64,000 nucleotides of DNA from an uncultured Alphaproteobacteria bacterium. GTDB lineage: Bacteria > Pseudomonadota > Alphaproteobacteria > Rhodobacterales > Rhodobacteraceae. The notes beneath the pieces are model-generated. The model was not told the DNA's origin, did not search any database, and worked only from the letters and a program-made list of their open reading frames with translations. Within the stretch, counting starts at the first letter, position 1. Every line of letters starts with the position of its first letter. The position numbers were made by a program, and so were the translations under genes. Positions 30,356-41,009 of this stretch are shown piece after piece. Location of the stretch: positions 3,201 to 67,200 of the forward strand of contig CACHMT010000007.1 of the NCBI GenBank assembly GCA_902581005.1, given 5' to 3'.

Positions 30356-30595
30356 TGTTTTAAGCCTGAGCCCTAATAGATATTAAGTGTAGACTTGAAA
30401 TTATCACTTCATTTATTTTTTTTCAATAGACATGGGATACTAGGATAGCGATATTATGGCAAAAAGAGAAACAAATTTTTTTGAAAATCTATTGCAAAAA
30501 AACTTTTAATCTTGCATAAAGCGTTATTGGGTTGGCAAATATTATTTTATAGGTTTTTTTACAGCAACCTGTCTATACACGAGCTTGAGGCAACA

Positions 30596-31912
30596 ATGAA
30601 ATTCAAAGAAATTATTAATGAAAAACTTAAAAGAAAGTACGAGTTCACGCTTAAAGCGTCAGATCTGAATAAAGAGGTCGATAAGCAGTTAGAAAAAGAG
30701 CAACCCTCTATTCAGATGAAAGGTTTTAGAAAAGGAAAAGTTCCCGTAAGCTTATTGAAGAAAATGCACGGTGAAGCCCTTTTATCAGAAGCTATGAAAA
30801 GCGCTACTGACACAGCAGTGAAAGATCATTTTGAGGAAAAGGGAGATAAGCCAGCCTACGAGCCAAAGATAGATCTCATTAATAAAAAGTGGAAATCAGG
30901 AGATGATGTAGAGCTTTCTATCGAATACGAGTGTATGCCAGAGATTCCAAAGTTTGACCTATCAAAGTTAGTTCTAGACAACCTAGTTGTAGAACCAGAC
31001 AAAAAGTCTTTGGATGATGCAATGAAGAATGTTCAAGAAAGTAGCCCTGAATATCAAACAGGAAAGAAGGGGACAAAATCAAAGAAGAAAGATCAAGTTA
31101 TTTTAGATTTTGAGGGATTTATAGATGGTAAGCCTTTCGAAAACGGTTCTGGTAAAGACTTTCCCTTGGTCCTAGGCTCAAATAGTTTTATTCCCGGCTT
31201 CGAAGATCAATTGGTTGGCGTTCAGAAAAACGACGAAAAAATTGTGAAAGTTACTTTCCCAAAAAATTATGGGAACCAAGAACTTTCAGGAAAAGATGCA
31301 GAGTTCAAATGCAAAATTAAAGAAATTTCAAGCCCAGTTTTGCCTAAGGTTGATGACGAATTAGCAAAGAAATTTGGACTAGAAAATCTTAAACAGCTTC
31401 AAGAAAATCTCGAGAAGCAAGTCAAAAACGAATTTGAACAAGGTTCAAGGGTTTTACTGAAAAAACAATTAATGGATAAGCTTGAGAAGGAACTAAAATT
31501 TGAATTACCAGAGTCACTAGTGACAACGGAAGCGAATTCAATAGCTATGCATCAAGATAATAATAAAAAGAGCGATAACACAGATGAAACACCTAAAGTT
31601 TCAAAAGAAGACAAAAAAATGGCTGAGCGTCGGGTTAGGGTAGGTTTATTTTTTGCTGAGTTTGGAGTGCAAAATAAGTTAGATTTAACCGAGACTGAAT
31701 TGAACGCTGCATTTGAAAATGAATCTAGAAAATATCCTGGTCAGGAACAAGAGTATCTTAAGTTTATTAAATCCAATCCCCAAGCTCAGCAAGCCTTAAG
31801 AGGGCCCCTGTTTGAAGAGAAGGTGGTAAACAGCATACTTGAAGCTGTTACTCTAAAGGAAAAAAAGCTGTCTGTTGTTAAGTTCAAAGAACAAATGGAA
31901 AAGCTGAATTAA
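30596..31912 (+). CDS. tig: trigger factor
   Basis: The ATG at 30596 is preceded by GAGG at 6-nt spacing. It has the GFRKGKVP ribosome-binding signature and an FKBP-like middle domain (DFEGFIDGKPFENGSGKDFPLVLGSNSFIPGFEDQLVG). The track ORF from 30512 is an N-terminal over-extension. Confidence 0.94.
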   Translation: MKFKEIINEKLKRKYEFTLKASDLNKEVDKQLEKEQPSIQMKGFRKGKVPVSLLKKMHGEALLSEAMKSATDTAVKDHFEEKGDKPAYEPKIDLINKKWKSGDDVELSIEYECMPEIPKFDLSKLVLDNLVVEPDKKSLDDAMKNVQESSPEYQTGKKGTKSKKKDQVILDFEGFIDGKPFENGSGKDFPLVLGSNSFIPGFEDQLVGVQKNDEKIVKVTFPKNYGNQELSGKDAEFKCKIKEISSPVLPKVDDELAKKFGLENLKQLQENLEKQVKNEFEQGSRVLLKKQLMDKLEKELKFELPESLVTTEANSIAMHQDNNKKSDNTDETPKVSKEDKKMAERRVRVGLFFAEFGVQNKLDLTETELNAAFENESRKYPGQEQEYLKFIKSNPQAQQALRGPLFEEKVVNSILEAVTLKEKKLSVVKFKEQMEKLN

Positions 31913-31941
31913 ATTTTAGAGGATAATTACAAGGAGTAGTG

Positions 31942-32577
31942 ATGAAAGACATTAACGAGATATACATGAATACATTAGTTCCAATGGTTGTTGAACAAAG
32001 TGCAAGAGGTGAACGTGCTTATGATATTTTTTCAAGACTTTTGAAAGAAAGAATTATATTTATTTCAGGTCCTATACATGATGGTATGTCTACGCTGGTT
32101 GTTGCACAATTGCTGTTCTTAGAAGCAGAAAATCCAAAAAAAGAGATTTCTATGTATATTAATTCCCCTGGAGGGGTGGTGTCATCTGGTCTGTCTATAT
32201 ATGATACTATGCAGTATGTGAGACCAAAAATAGCTACGATGTGCGTAGGTCAAGCAGCTTCAATGGGGTCTCTTTTATTAGCTGCTGGAGAACAGGGTAT
32301 GAGGTTTTGTTTGCCAAACAGCAGGGTTATGGTTCATCAGCCTTCAGGAGGTTTTCAGGGTCAAGCATCAGATATTGCTCTTCATGCTCAAGAAATACTG
32401 GATCTTAAAAAGAGACTGAATATGATTTATGTAAAACATACTAATCAAAAGATAAGTTCAGTAGAAAAGGCACTAGATCGAGATAATTTTATGACGCCAG
32501 AGCAATCTCTTGATTGGGGTATTATTGATAAGATTATCGACCGGAGAGAAACTGATACTTCAGAAAATGGGGAATGA
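31942..32577 (+). CDS. clpP: ATP-dependent Clp protease proteolytic subunit
   Basis: [29 protein letters not shown], catalytic [11 protein letters not shown] and [16 protein letters not shown] 5 nt upstream of the ATG at 31942. Confidence 0.96.
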   Translation: MKDINEIYMNTLVPMVVEQSARGERAYDIFSRLLKERIIFISGPIHDGMSTLVVAQLLFLEAENPKKEISMYINSPGGVVSSGLSIYDTMQYVRPKIATMCVGQAASMGSLLLAAGEQGMRFCLPNSRVMVHQPSGGFQGQASDIALHAQEILDLKKRLNMIYVKHTNQKISSVEKALDRDNFMTPEQSLDWGIIDKIIDRRETDTSENGE

Positions 32578-32636
32578 AAATTGCATTTTGATAAAAAAAC
32601 TTGGCAGAATATATAAACGTATTAATATGTTAAATT

Positions 32637-33905
32637 ATGAGTAAATCTGGATCAACATCTAATAAAAATACGCTCTTTTGTTCCTTCTGTGGTAAAAGCC
32701 AGCATGAAGTGAAAAAGCTTATAGCGGGGCCAACAGTGTTTATATGTGATGAATGTGTAGAACTATGCATGGATATCATCAAAGAAGAAGTTAAAACTAA
32801 TGAAGGTAAGGGCGCAAGGTCATCAATTCCGGCTCCAAAAGAAATCTTTGAAGTATTGAATGATTACGTAATTGGGCAGACTGCAGCGAAGAAAATCTTA
32901 TCTGTTGCTGTTCATAACCACTACAAGCGAATAGGGTATTCACCCAAAAAGGGAGACGTTGAGCTTCAAAAATCTAATATTATGCTAATAGGGCCAACCG
33001 GTTGTGGCAAAACTCTTCTAGCGCAAACATTAGCTCGAATTTTAGATGTTCCTTTCACTATGGCAGATGCTACTACCCTTACAGAGGCCGGCTATGTGGG
33101 AGAGGATGTAGAGAATATTATTCTCAAGTTATTACAACAAGCTGATTATAACGTAGAGAAGGCGCAAAGAGGAATCGTCTATATAGATGAGATCGACAAG
33201 ATAAGCCGTAAGACAGACAATCCATCAATTACAAGAGATGTATCTGGTGAAGGCGTTCAACAAGCTTTATTGAAAATTATGGAGGGTACTGTTGCCTCTG
33301 TGCCACCTCAGGGTGGACGAAAACATCCTCAGCAAGAATTTTTACAAGTTGATACAACAAATATTTTATTCATTTGCGGAGGTGCTTTTGCTGGTCTTGA
33401 AAAAGTTATTTCTTCAAGAGGAGAAACCAAGAGTATAGGTTTTGGAGCTGATGTTAGTGGCCCAGACAGTAGAAAAATTGGAGATATTATCTGTGATGTT
33501 GAGCCTCAAGACCTTTTAAAATTTGGACTTATTCCCGAGTTCGTCGGAAGGTTGCCTGTTGTAGCAACATTGAATGATTTGAATATAGAAGCTATGATCA
33601 AAATACTTAATGAACCAAAGAATGCGCTTGTAAAACAATTCAAAAAATTATTCGAATTAGAAGGTGTAAAGCTTACGTTTACTGATGAGGCTCTTAAAAG
33701 CATAGCAAATAAGGCAATAAAGCGGAAAACCGGTGCTAGAGCTTTACGTTCGATATTAGAAAAGATTCTGTTAGACTCTATGTTTGATCTACCCTCACTA
33801 CAGTCAGTAGAAGAAGTAGTGGTAAACGAAGATGCTATTGATAAGGACTCTGAGCCATTGATGATATATAGCAAAAGTTCTGAGGAACCCGCCTCGGCCT
33901 CTTAG
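32637..33905 (+). CDS. clpX: ATP-dependent Clp protease ATP-binding subunit ClpX
   Basis: Zinc-finger [27 protein letters not shown], Walker A GPTGCGKT, Walker [17 protein letters not shown] pore loop. Confidence 0.97.
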   Translation: MSKSGSTSNKNTLFCSFCGKSQHEVKKLIAGPTVFICDECVELCMDIIKEEVKTNEGKGARSSIPAPKEIFEVLNDYVIGQTAAKKILSVAVHNHYKRIGYSPKKGDVELQKSNIMLIGPTGCGKTLLAQTLARILDVPFTMADATTLTEAGYVGEDVENIILKLLQQADYNVEKAQRGIVYIDEIDKISRKTDNPSITRDVSGEGVQQALLKIMEGTVASVPPQGGRKHPQQEFLQVDTTNILFICGGAFAGLEKVISSRGETKSIGFGADVSGPDSRKIGDIICDVEPQDLLKFGLIPEFVGRLPVVATLNDLNIEAMIKILNEPKNALVKQFKKLFELEGVKLTFTDEALKSIANKAIKRKTGARALRSILEKILLDSMFDLPSLQSVEEVVVNEDAIDKDSEPLMIYSKSSEEPASAS

Positions 33906-33915
33906 GATCAAAAAA

Positions 33916-34308
33916 ATGGTTTTAAAAAGATTATTAAGGTTTTTATTTACTTGGTGGAATGGAATTACCGTTGGAACCAAATTATATACCTATTTCAACG
34001 GTAAAAAAGTTGGGGAAGATTATTTCGGTAATTCTTATTATGAGAGTAAAGATAAAACAAATCGTTGGTGCATATATTCTAACGAGTCTGAGGCTTCGAA
34101 AATTAGTCCTGAATGGAACAGCTGGCTTAGATTTATTTCAGTTGCAAGTCCAAAAGATAACAGTAGGACTCATAAGTGGCAGAGGCAATTTAATGGTAAC
34201 TTAACTGGCCTAGACAGTGCCTATAAGCCTCGCATAGTGAGAACTAGTAGTTCAGAGGAAGATTTGGATAGTTATCAATCCGACTATAAAGCATGGAAAC
34301 CAGAGTAA
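33916..34308 (+). CDS. NADH:ubiquinone oxidoreductase subunit NDUFA12-like protein
   Basis: 130 aa. The pattern WWNGITVGTKLYTYFNGKKVGEDYFGNSYYES...RW..Y....EASKISPEWNSWL is characteristic of the alphaproteobacterial NDUFA12 homologue. Confidence 0.8.
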   Translation: MVLKRLLRFLFTWWNGITVGTKLYTYFNGKKVGEDYFGNSYYESKDKTNRWCIYSNESEASKISPEWNSWLRFISVASPKDNSRTHKWQRQFNGNLTGLDSAYKPRIVRTSSSEEDLDSYQSDYKAWKPE

Positions 34309-34315
34309 ATCGAAA

Positions 34316-34762
34316 ATGAAAGTTAATTTTCTCGATGCTTTTCTTGGATCTTTGGTTTTGTTAATTACCGGCTTATTTCTTTTTTACGTATATGCAACAG
34401 TTGATAGTAAACTTTTTAAGAGTGATAGCTTTCGGTTGCACGCTCGCTTCGATAACGTAGCCGGTATAATGACCGGTAGCAAGGTAAAGATGTCCGGGGT
34501 AGATATTGGAACTGTTAAAAGTGTTTCTTTGGAACCAGATAATTTCTATGCCTATATAACGATGGACTTTGATAAGAAATATAGTTTTCCAGATGATACG
34601 GAAGCTTCTGTGCAACTGGAAGGTCTACTAGGAGGGAGCTATATATCGATCTTACCCGGAGGATCAGATGTCTTGTTATTGAACAATCAAGAGATCATTT
34701 ATACTCAAGGCTCAACAAGCATTTTAAATTTGATGCTTAAGTTTGCTAATACTGACCAGTGA
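34316..34762 (+). CDS. mlaD: small MlaD/MCE-domain protein
   Basis: 148 aa with an N-terminal TM segment followed by an MCE fold pattern (FDNVAGIMTGSKVKMSGVDIGTVKSVSL...). No mlaE or mlaF is adjacent. Confidence 0.75.
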   Translation: MKVNFLDAFLGSLVLLITGLFLFYVYATVDSKLFKSDSFRLHARFDNVAGIMTGSKVKMSGVDIGTVKSVSLEPDNFYAYITMDFDKKYSFPDDTEASVQLEGLLGGSYISILPGGSDVLLLNNQEIIYTQGSTSILNLMLKFANTDQ

Positions 34763-35410
34763 CTTCAGTTCTGCTCTGTTAATAAGCATTTCATCGATTA
34801 TTGCACTACTAGGTTGATTAAATTCAACTTTTTCAGAAGATGATTTTTTAATTAAATTTAAAAATAAAGTTCTCGATATCTCTTTTGCTCCCATAGTTCT
34901 AAGATGATTAGTCATAAATTGAACATCTAACAGTAAAAATTGATTCAAAGCTAACGTCCCCATTAATGCTATTAATGCTAATTTTGATCCATTTGAACTT
35001 GTTGAAAACATACTTTCTGCAAAAAAAACCTTGCCAATTGCTACCCCATATAGACCTCCTTTTAATTTTTTATCTTCCCAAACTTCTATTGAATGAGCGT
35101 ATCCGAGATCATGCAAGGTATTATAAGTAGATATAATTGATTTATTTATCCAAGTTTCTTCTCGATTTGCGCAGTTTGAGATAGTCGATAAAAAATCATG
35201 ATTAATGGAAAATTCAAATTTTTTTTTGCGGCATAGTTTTTTAAGGCTTCTTGATATATGTAATTTTGAAATGGGTATTACTGCTCTGACTATTGGATTG
35301 CACCAAAAAATCTGATTATCATCATTATGGTCTCCCATTGGGAAAATACCATTTCTATAAAGTTTAATTACGGTACTTGGGTCTATTTCGTTATGAGAGC
35401 GAGTAAGCAA
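34724..35410 (-). CDS. aat: leucyl/phenylalanyl-tRNA--protein transferase
   Basis: YRNGIFPM, HSIEVWEDKKLKGGLYGVAIGKVFFAESMFS and SKLALIAL motifs. Canonical accBC-aat synteny. 39-nt convergent overlap with mlaD. Confidence 0.9.
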   Translation of the reverse strand: MLTRSHNEIDPSTVIKLYRNGIFPMGDHNDDNQIFWCNPIVRAVIPISKLHISRSLKKLCRKKKFEFSINHDFLSTISNCANREETWINKSIISTYNTLHDLGYAHSIEVWEDKKLKGGLYGVAIGKVFFAESMFSTSSNGSKLALIALMGTLALNQFLLLDVQFMTNHLRTMGAKEISRTLFLNLIKKSSSEKVEFNQPSSAIIDEMLINRAELKSLVSISKLKHQI

Positions 35411-36757
35411 TTATTGAACCTTATCGGAAAGCCAGTGCTCAAGCCAATGGATATTATACTCCCCATTCTTAAAGTCTTCCTCATCTATAATTTCTTTAAA
35501 GAGATCCACTGTGGTGTGGACCCCGTCTATAATAAGTTCGTCGAGAGCTCTTGATAGCCTTCTAAGGGCTAATGACCTGCTATCAGCATGCACAATCAAT
35601 TTTCCTATGAGACTGTCGTAGAAGGGAGGAACCTTAAAACCATTATAAATAGCGCTATCCATTCTAATCCCAATACCTCCTGGAGAGTGGAATTCTTTTA
35701 TATTACCTGGTGATGGAGAAAAAGATGGAAGGCGTTCAGCGTTAATCCGACATTCTATTGCATGACCTTGCGGCTTAAGAGTTTCTTGAGAAAGTGCCAT
35801 ATCCATTCCGGAAGCGACACGTATTTGTTCTTTTACTAAATCTACACCAAAAACAGCCTCTGTTATTGGGTGCTCAACTTGGAGTCTAGTATTCATTTCA
35901 ATAAAGAAAAACTCTCTATTTTCATATAAAAACTCTATTGTTCCTGCTCCTTCGTACTTCATTTTACTAACCGCATCGGAACAAATTTCTCCAATTTTGT
36001 TTACCTCGTCTGGAGTAACCCCAGGGCTTGGTGTCTCTTCTAGTACTTTTTGGTGTCGCCTTTGAAGGGAACAGTCTCTCTCTCCTAAATGTACAGCTTT
36101 TCCTTTTCCATCTCCAAAAATTTGGATTTCAATATGCCTTGGTTTTTCTAAGTACTTTTCCATATATATTGTATCATCATTAAAACTCTTTTTTGCTTCT
36201 GATTTTGCTTGCAAAAACAAAGTCTCTAGTTGATCATCACTGGATACAATCTTCATTCCTATTCCACCGCCCCCGGCCGCGGCTTTTAATAGAACAGGAA
36301 AGCCTATTTGTTTAGCAGCAATATGAGCATCACTAACATTTTTGACTTCACCATTAGAACCTGGAACACAAGGAACATTGAATGTTTCCATTTGAGCTTT
36401 TGCATTTATTTTGTCGCCCATCGTATTTATGTGAGAGACGGAGGGTCCAATAAATTTAATTCCATGATCTGCCAAAATCTCTGCAAAATTTGCATTTTCT
36501 GATAAGAATCCATAGCCAGGATGTACAGCCTCACTTCCAGTTATTTCACATGCAGATATAATTGAAGGAATGGAAAGATAACTTTTCGTGCTCTCTGCTG
36601 GTCCAATACATACACTTTCGTCAGCCATTCTCACATGCATTGCATCAACGTCGGCTTGGGAATAAACCGCTACAGTTTTTATACCCATTTCCTTACAAGT
36701 CCTTATTACTCGAAGTGCAATTTCACCCCTATTGGCAATCAAAATTTTCTTAAACAT
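35411..36757 (-). CDS. accC: acetyl-CoA carboxylase biotin carboxylase subunit
   Basis: KILIANRGEIALRVIRTC, GYGFLSEN, ATP-grasp GGGGIGM, EMNTRLQVEHPITE. Confidence 0.97.
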   Translation of the reverse strand: MFKKILIANRGEIALRVIRTCKEMGIKTVAVYSQADVDAMHVRMADESVCIGPAESTKSYLSIPSIISACEITGSEAVHPGYGFLSENANFAEILADHGIKFIGPSVSHINTMGDKINAKAQMETFNVPCVPGSNGEVKNVSDAHIAAKQIGFPVLLKAAAGGGGIGMKIVSSDDQLETLFLQAKSEAKKSFNDDTIYMEKYLEKPRHIEIQIFGDGKGKAVHLGERDCSLQRRHQKVLEETPSPGVTPDEVNKIGEICSDAVSKMKYEGAGTIEFLYENREFFFIEMNTRLQVEHPITEAVFGVDLVKEQIRVASGMDMALSQETLKPQGHAIECRINAERLPSFSPSPGNIKEFHSPGGIGIRMDSAIYNGFKVPPFYDSLIGKLIVHADSRSLALRRLSRALDELIIDGVHTTVDLFKEIIDEEDFKNGEYNIHWLEHWLSDKVQ

Positions 36758-37243
36758 TTATGGTTCTATAATTACTAGTGGTGTATCAAACTCAACAGGA
36801 CTTTCATTGTTTACTAATATTTCTTTAACCGTTCCTTCAAATGTTGAGGGAATTTGGTTCATTGTTTTCATAGCTTCAATGATTAAAATTGTATCGCCTT
36901 TTTTTATCTTTTTTCCGACTTGAATAAACGTGGGCTCTTCTGGTGAAGGCGACAAATAAACTGTCCCGACCATAGGAGATTTAATAATCTTGAGATTTTC
37001 CATTGAACTTTGAGATATTTCCTCAACGGCACGCTCCTCTCTTTGAATAGAACTATTATCAACTCTAAGTGCCTTTCTTGCCTGTGTAGGAGAACTAGAA
37101 ACGGAGTTATTGATTTTTATTTTTAGTCTGTGTTTATCCGCTAAAGTACGTGTCACTTCCAAAGAAGATAAGTTTTCGTCTTTGATTTTTTTTACAAGGT
37201 AATCAATGAAAGATTTTTCAATTTCCAAATCATTTTTTTTCAT
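36758..37243 (-). CDS. accB: acetyl-CoA carboxylase biotin carboxyl carrier protein
   Basis: C-terminal biotinyl domain with the EAMKTMNQI (AMKM-type) biotinylation motif. Abuts accC. Confidence 0.93.
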   Translation of the reverse strand: MKKNDLEIEKSFIDYLVKKIKDENLSSLEVTRTLADKHRLKIKINNSVSSSPTQARKALRVDNSSIQREERAVEEISQSSMENLKIIKSPMVGTVYLSPSPEEPTFIQVGKKIKKGDTILIIEAMKTMNQIPSTFEGTVKEILVNNESPVEFDTPLVIIEP

Positions 37244-37343
37244 AGCTTGGGTCCGCAGTAATATAGAGTGTGGGACGAAAATAACATGGTTGATTATATT
37301 ATCAATATAATCTTTACAACTATGGATTTATCAATTTTTAGGA

Positions 37344-39566
37344 TTAACGGTCCCACCACCCCTTCTTACCCATTTTTGTATTTTTAACATTATCATCGTT
37401 TTCTATTGATTTGTTATCGTTAGTTTTTAGTCCTTCTATTGTTTTTTTTGCACTAGCTCTAGTACGCGGTTTTGCCGCTTTTTCCTTTTTCGTGCTGAGT
37501 GTGGTATCCGTAATTTGTTTTTGGCCCTCAGTGCCTTTTACAGTAGAACTGCTCAAATTCTTGTTATCCAATTGGATTGATAATTCTGCCTCTTTCTCGT
37601 ATGCTGAACTTTTTAGAAAGCTTGTTTCGCTAGCTTCCGTTGGTGTCTCCATATCCTTTTGGACTCTTCTTTTTCTTTTCCTTTTTCGCTTTTTGTATTC
37701 TTCGGAATCTTCTCTACTACTTCCATTAATTTTGTTATTAGATGTCTTTTGATCTTGTATAGTTCCTGGATTTTCTTTTTTATTTTCGTTATCTTTCTTT
37801 TTAGCTCTTTGTTTATTGTTGGCTGTATTTTTCTTTACTCGCCTATCATCAAGTGGTTTTTCAATTAAATAATGCGGAGAAATTAAACTAGGCTCTCCGT
37901 GCAACTCTATTCTAATTTGATATCGGTTTTCGATTAAAATTATGTGCTCTCTTTTATAATTAATCAAAAAATTTGTTGTCTGAACCGGGGCCTTAACCAA
38001 TAGAATATCCTTAATTTTTGCTGTTGACCCCTCTTTATCTAGGTCCCTCAATATTTGGAGAGCTAACGACTCGTCGGAGCGAGTGGAGCCAGTGCCATGA
38101 CAAAAGGAACAAGGCATTGTAGTGGACTCTAGCATTCCTGGCCTTAATCTTTGCCGTGACATTTCGAGTAGGCCAAAAGACGAAATTCTTCCAATTTGTA
38201 TTCGTGCTCTGTCAAGGCTAATACAATCTTTTATCCTTTTTTCGACAGCAATATTATTTTTTCTTTCCTCCATATCGATGAAATCAATAACTATAAGGCC
38301 TGCTAAATCTCTTAATTTAAGTTGCCTAGCTATTTCGGAAGCGGCTTCCATATTCGTTTTAAGCGCAGTTTCCTCTATACTTCGTTCTTTTGTTGCTCTC
38401 CCAGAGTTTACATCAATTGCTACTAAGGCTTCCGTTATTCCAATAACGATGTAACCTCCTGATCTTAGCTGTACAATGGGATTGAACATTTCTTGCAGAT
38501 AATTTTCAACTTCATAAAATGAAAATAGAGGTACCTTGCCATCATATTTTTTTACATATTTTGCATGTGATGGCATCAATAACTTGAGATAAGATTTGGC
38601 TTCCTTGTAAGCCTCTTCTCCTTCAACTACTATTTCTTTGATATCTCTATCATATAAATCTCTAATAGCCCTTTTTATAAGGTTTCCTTCGGCATGTATA
38701 AGAGTTGGAGCTATAGAGTTCAAGGTTTGCTCTTTGATTGATTCCCAACCTTTTAGTAAAAAATCATAGTCTCTTCTAATTTCAGTTTTTGTTCGATTCC
38801 CACCAGCTGTACGGATAATTAAACCGCTGTTAGGTTTTAAATTTAAACCCTCAATAATTTTTTTAAGTTTTATACGATCTTTAAGTACAGTTATTTTTTT
38901 TGAGATTCCTCCACCCCTTGAAGTATTAGGCATTAAAACGCAGTACCTTCCAGCTATAGAAAGATAAGTTGTTAGAGCGGCCCCTTTGTTTCCTCGTTCT
39001 TCTTTTGTTACCTGTACAAGTAATATTTGACGAACCTTAATTACCTCTTGAATTTTATATTTTCTTTGAAAAGGTCTTTTTGCTGGGAAAGGGTCTTCTT
39101 CTAAAATTTCAGCAGAAATGTCTTTATTTCTATCATTAACTGAAGAAGTATCATTTGGGTGCAACTCGTTGTCCATGCTGGGATTAAAAGAACCCTCAAG
39201 GCTTGGAGCTTCATCCATACCATTGTGAGATTCTTCTTCTTTAATTGTATCCATCTCATTTTCACGAATACTTTCTTCTACCGCTAATTGTTCTGCCAAT
39301 AAGGCCTCTTTGTCGGCTAGCGGTATCTGATAGTAATCTGGATGTATTTCTGAAAATGCTAAAAAGCCGTGCCTATTACCACCATAATCAAGAAAAGCTG
39401 CCTGTAAAGATGGTTCAACTCTGGTTACCTTAGCAAGGTATATATTTCCCGTAATTTGTGCTTTTTCATTGTTCTCAAAATCAAAATCATGAGTTTGAGA
39501 AGATTCTGCAACCACAACTCTGGTTTCTTCAGGATGCGCTGCATCGATAAGTAGTTTCTTTTCCAT
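37344..39566 (-). CDS. rne: ribonuclease E
   Basis: 740 aa. S1 domain (GNIYLAKVTRVEPSLQAAFLDYG) with an acidic insert as in alphaproteobacterial RNase E. Catalytic core (IDVNSGR, IVIDFIDM, CxxCxG zinc link CSFCHGTG). Basic, low-complexity C-terminal tail (KRKRKRKRR). Confidence 0.92.
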   Translation of the reverse strand: MEKKLLIDAAHPEETRVVVAESSQTHDFDFENNEKAQITGNIYLAKVTRVEPSLQAAFLDYGGNRHGFLAFSEIHPDYYQIPLADKEALLAEQLAVEESIRENEMDTIKEEESHNGMDEAPSLEGSFNPSMDNELHPNDTSSVNDRNKDISAEILEEDPFPAKRPFQRKYKIQEVIKVRQILLVQVTKEERGNKGAALTTYLSIAGRYCVLMPNTSRGGGISKKITVLKDRIKLKKIIEGLNLKPNSGLIIRTAGGNRTKTEIRRDYDFLLKGWESIKEQTLNSIAPTLIHAEGNLIKRAIRDLYDRDIKEIVVEGEEAYKEAKSYLKLLMPSHAKYVKKYDGKVPLFSFYEVENYLQEMFNPIVQLRSGGYIVIGITEALVAIDVNSGRATKERSIEETALKTNMEAASEIARQLKLRDLAGLIVIDFIDMEERKNNIAVEKRIKDCISLDRARIQIGRISSFGLLEMSRQRLRPGMLESTTMPCSFCHGTGSTRSDESLALQILRDLDKEGSTAKIKDILLVKAPVQTTNFLINYKREHIILIENRYQIRIELHGEPSLISPHYLIEKPLDDRRVKKNTANNKQRAKKKDNENKKENPGTIQDQKTSNNKINGSSREDSEEYKKRKRKRKRRVQKDMETPTEASETSFLKSSAYEKEAELSIQLDNKNLSSSTVKGTEGQKQITDTTLSTKKEKAAKPRTRASAKKTIEGLKTNDNKSIENDDNVKNTKMGKKGWWDR

Positions 39567-39911
39567 TGTAAAATCTCGCCCTTAAAGGAAAGAAAATAAA
39601 TTTTTATTATTTTTTCCTGTTTAAACAAATGTTTATCCTCATGCCTTCTTTTTATTTATCTGCTAAATTCAGACCTCAAAAATAGACATTATTTAATTCT
39701 TAATTTTTGCCAAATTTTTTATGATCATCGCTTTGGCATCTATCGCTAAAGTAAACAATTGAGACAAAATATACAAGTTATTTAGTTTTATTTTTAATTT
39801 TTGTATTAGGATATGAAAGAGACAAATGATAGATTTTGATTTGGTTTCATTGTAATACTAGAGTTTATTGACTTATCATTCTTATAAATTATTTTGCTAT
39901 CGAGCTTTTTT

Positions 39912-41009
39912 ATGAGTGCAGAAATACAAAAGTATATTTCAGAGATCTCTAACTCCTTGAATTTAATCTCAAGAAGGATTGAGTTTGAGACACTTCAAGA
40001 CAGAATATCTAGTAAGACGTCGGAGTGTGAAAACCCAGAAATATGGAAAGATCAAGCTTTAGCCAAATCTTTAATGAGAGCTAGACAAGCATTATTAGAG
40101 CAGTTTGAAACCTTTAGTAAGCTTCAAAATGAGTTTAATGATATCAAGACGCTTTTTGAGATTGGCTCCGAGGAAAAAGATGAGTCGCTTTTGATGGAAT
40201 TAGAAAATTCGTTTTCTAAATTAAAAAATGAGGTTACAGAAGTCGAGGTATTATCTTTGCTTGATGGAGAAGCAGACGCAAATGATGCTTTTTTAGAAAT
40301 AAACTCTGGAGCTGGAGGTACCGAAAGCTGTGACTGGGCGCAAATGCTTGCTAGAATGTATTTTAGATGGGCTGAAAAGAAAAAATACAAAATTGAGCTA
40401 ATTTCTGAGAGCCAGGGTGACGAAGCTGGCATTAAATCATGTTGTTATAAGATTATTGGAAATAATGCATACGGCTGGTTAAGAGCAGAGAGTGGGGTCC
40501 ATCGTCTTGTTCGTATTTCCCCTTTTGATAGCTCATCAAGAAGGCATACCTCATTCTCTTCCGTATGGGTATATCCAGTGGTAGATGATAGCTTTGATAT
40601 AGAGATTAATCCCTCAGACCTGAGAATTGATACTTTTAGATCTTCAGGCCCTGGTGGACAGCATGCAAATAAAACAGATTCTGCAGTTCGAATAACTCAT
40701 TTGCCGACCGGAATCGTCGTGACAAGTTCTGAAAAATCTCAACATCAAAACAGAGCAAATTGTATGTCTGCTATAAAGTCTAGATTATATGAATTAGAGA
40801 TGCGTAAAAGGAATGAGAGTATTCAAGAAAGTCATAACCAAAAAGGTGAGGCAGGTTGGGGAAATCAAATTAGATCTTATGTTCTTCACCCATACCAAAT
40901 GGTCAAGGATTTGAGAAGTGGTGAAGAAAGTAGCGATAGTCAAAAGGTTTTAGATGGAGATTTAGACAATTTTATGTCTTCAGTCTTATCTTTAAATTCT
41001 TCCAGTTAG
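39912..41009 (+). CDS. prfB: peptide chain release factor 2 (single ORF, no programmed frameshift)
   Basis: SPF tripeptide (RISPFDSS) and GGQ motif (SSGPGGQHANKTDSAVRITH). The ATG at 39912 gives MSAEIQKY.... The frame is uninterrupted. Confidence 0.93.
   Translation: MSAEIQKYISEISNSLNLISRRIEFETLQDRISSKTSECENPEIWKDQALAKSLMRARQALLEQFETFSKLQNEFNDIKTLFEIGSEEKDESLLMELENSFSKLKNEVTEVEVLSLLDGEADANDAFLEINSGAGGTESCDWAQMLARMYFRWAEKKKYKIELISESQGDEAGIKSCCYKIIGNNAYGWLRAESGVHRLVRISPFDSSSRRHTSFSSVWVYPVVDDSFDIEINPSDLRIDTFRSSGPGGQHANKTDSAVRITHLPTGIVVTSSEKSQHQNRANCMSAIKSRLYELEMRKRNESIQESHNQKGEAGWGNQIRSYVLHPYQMVKDLRSGEESSDSQKVLDGDLDNFMSSVLSLNSSS

Noticed and set aside
30456-30509. A 17-codon ORF (MAKRETNFFENLLQKNF) in the spacer upstream of tig.
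   Set aside because: It is very short and has a poorly spaced SD and no supporting features. It is most likely a chance ORF in the tig promoter region.
26720-30600. Integrase, excisionase or a direct repeat of the tRNA-Leu 3' end (att site) bounding the accessory block.
   Set aside because: No recombinase-like ORF is present. I could not find a copy of the tRNA 3' segment (…CAAGTCCTATCACCCGCACCA) near 30.4 kb, so I do not call this a mobile element.
39894-41009. Looked for the programmed +1 frameshift site (CTT TGA C after about 25 codons) that most prfB genes carry.
   Set aside because: RF2 is encoded here as one uninterrupted ORF with the SPF and GGQ motifs in frame. A minority of bacteria lack the frameshift, so this is a normal variant and not an anomaly. 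The TTG at 39894 is an over-extension; the ATG at 39912 is preferred.
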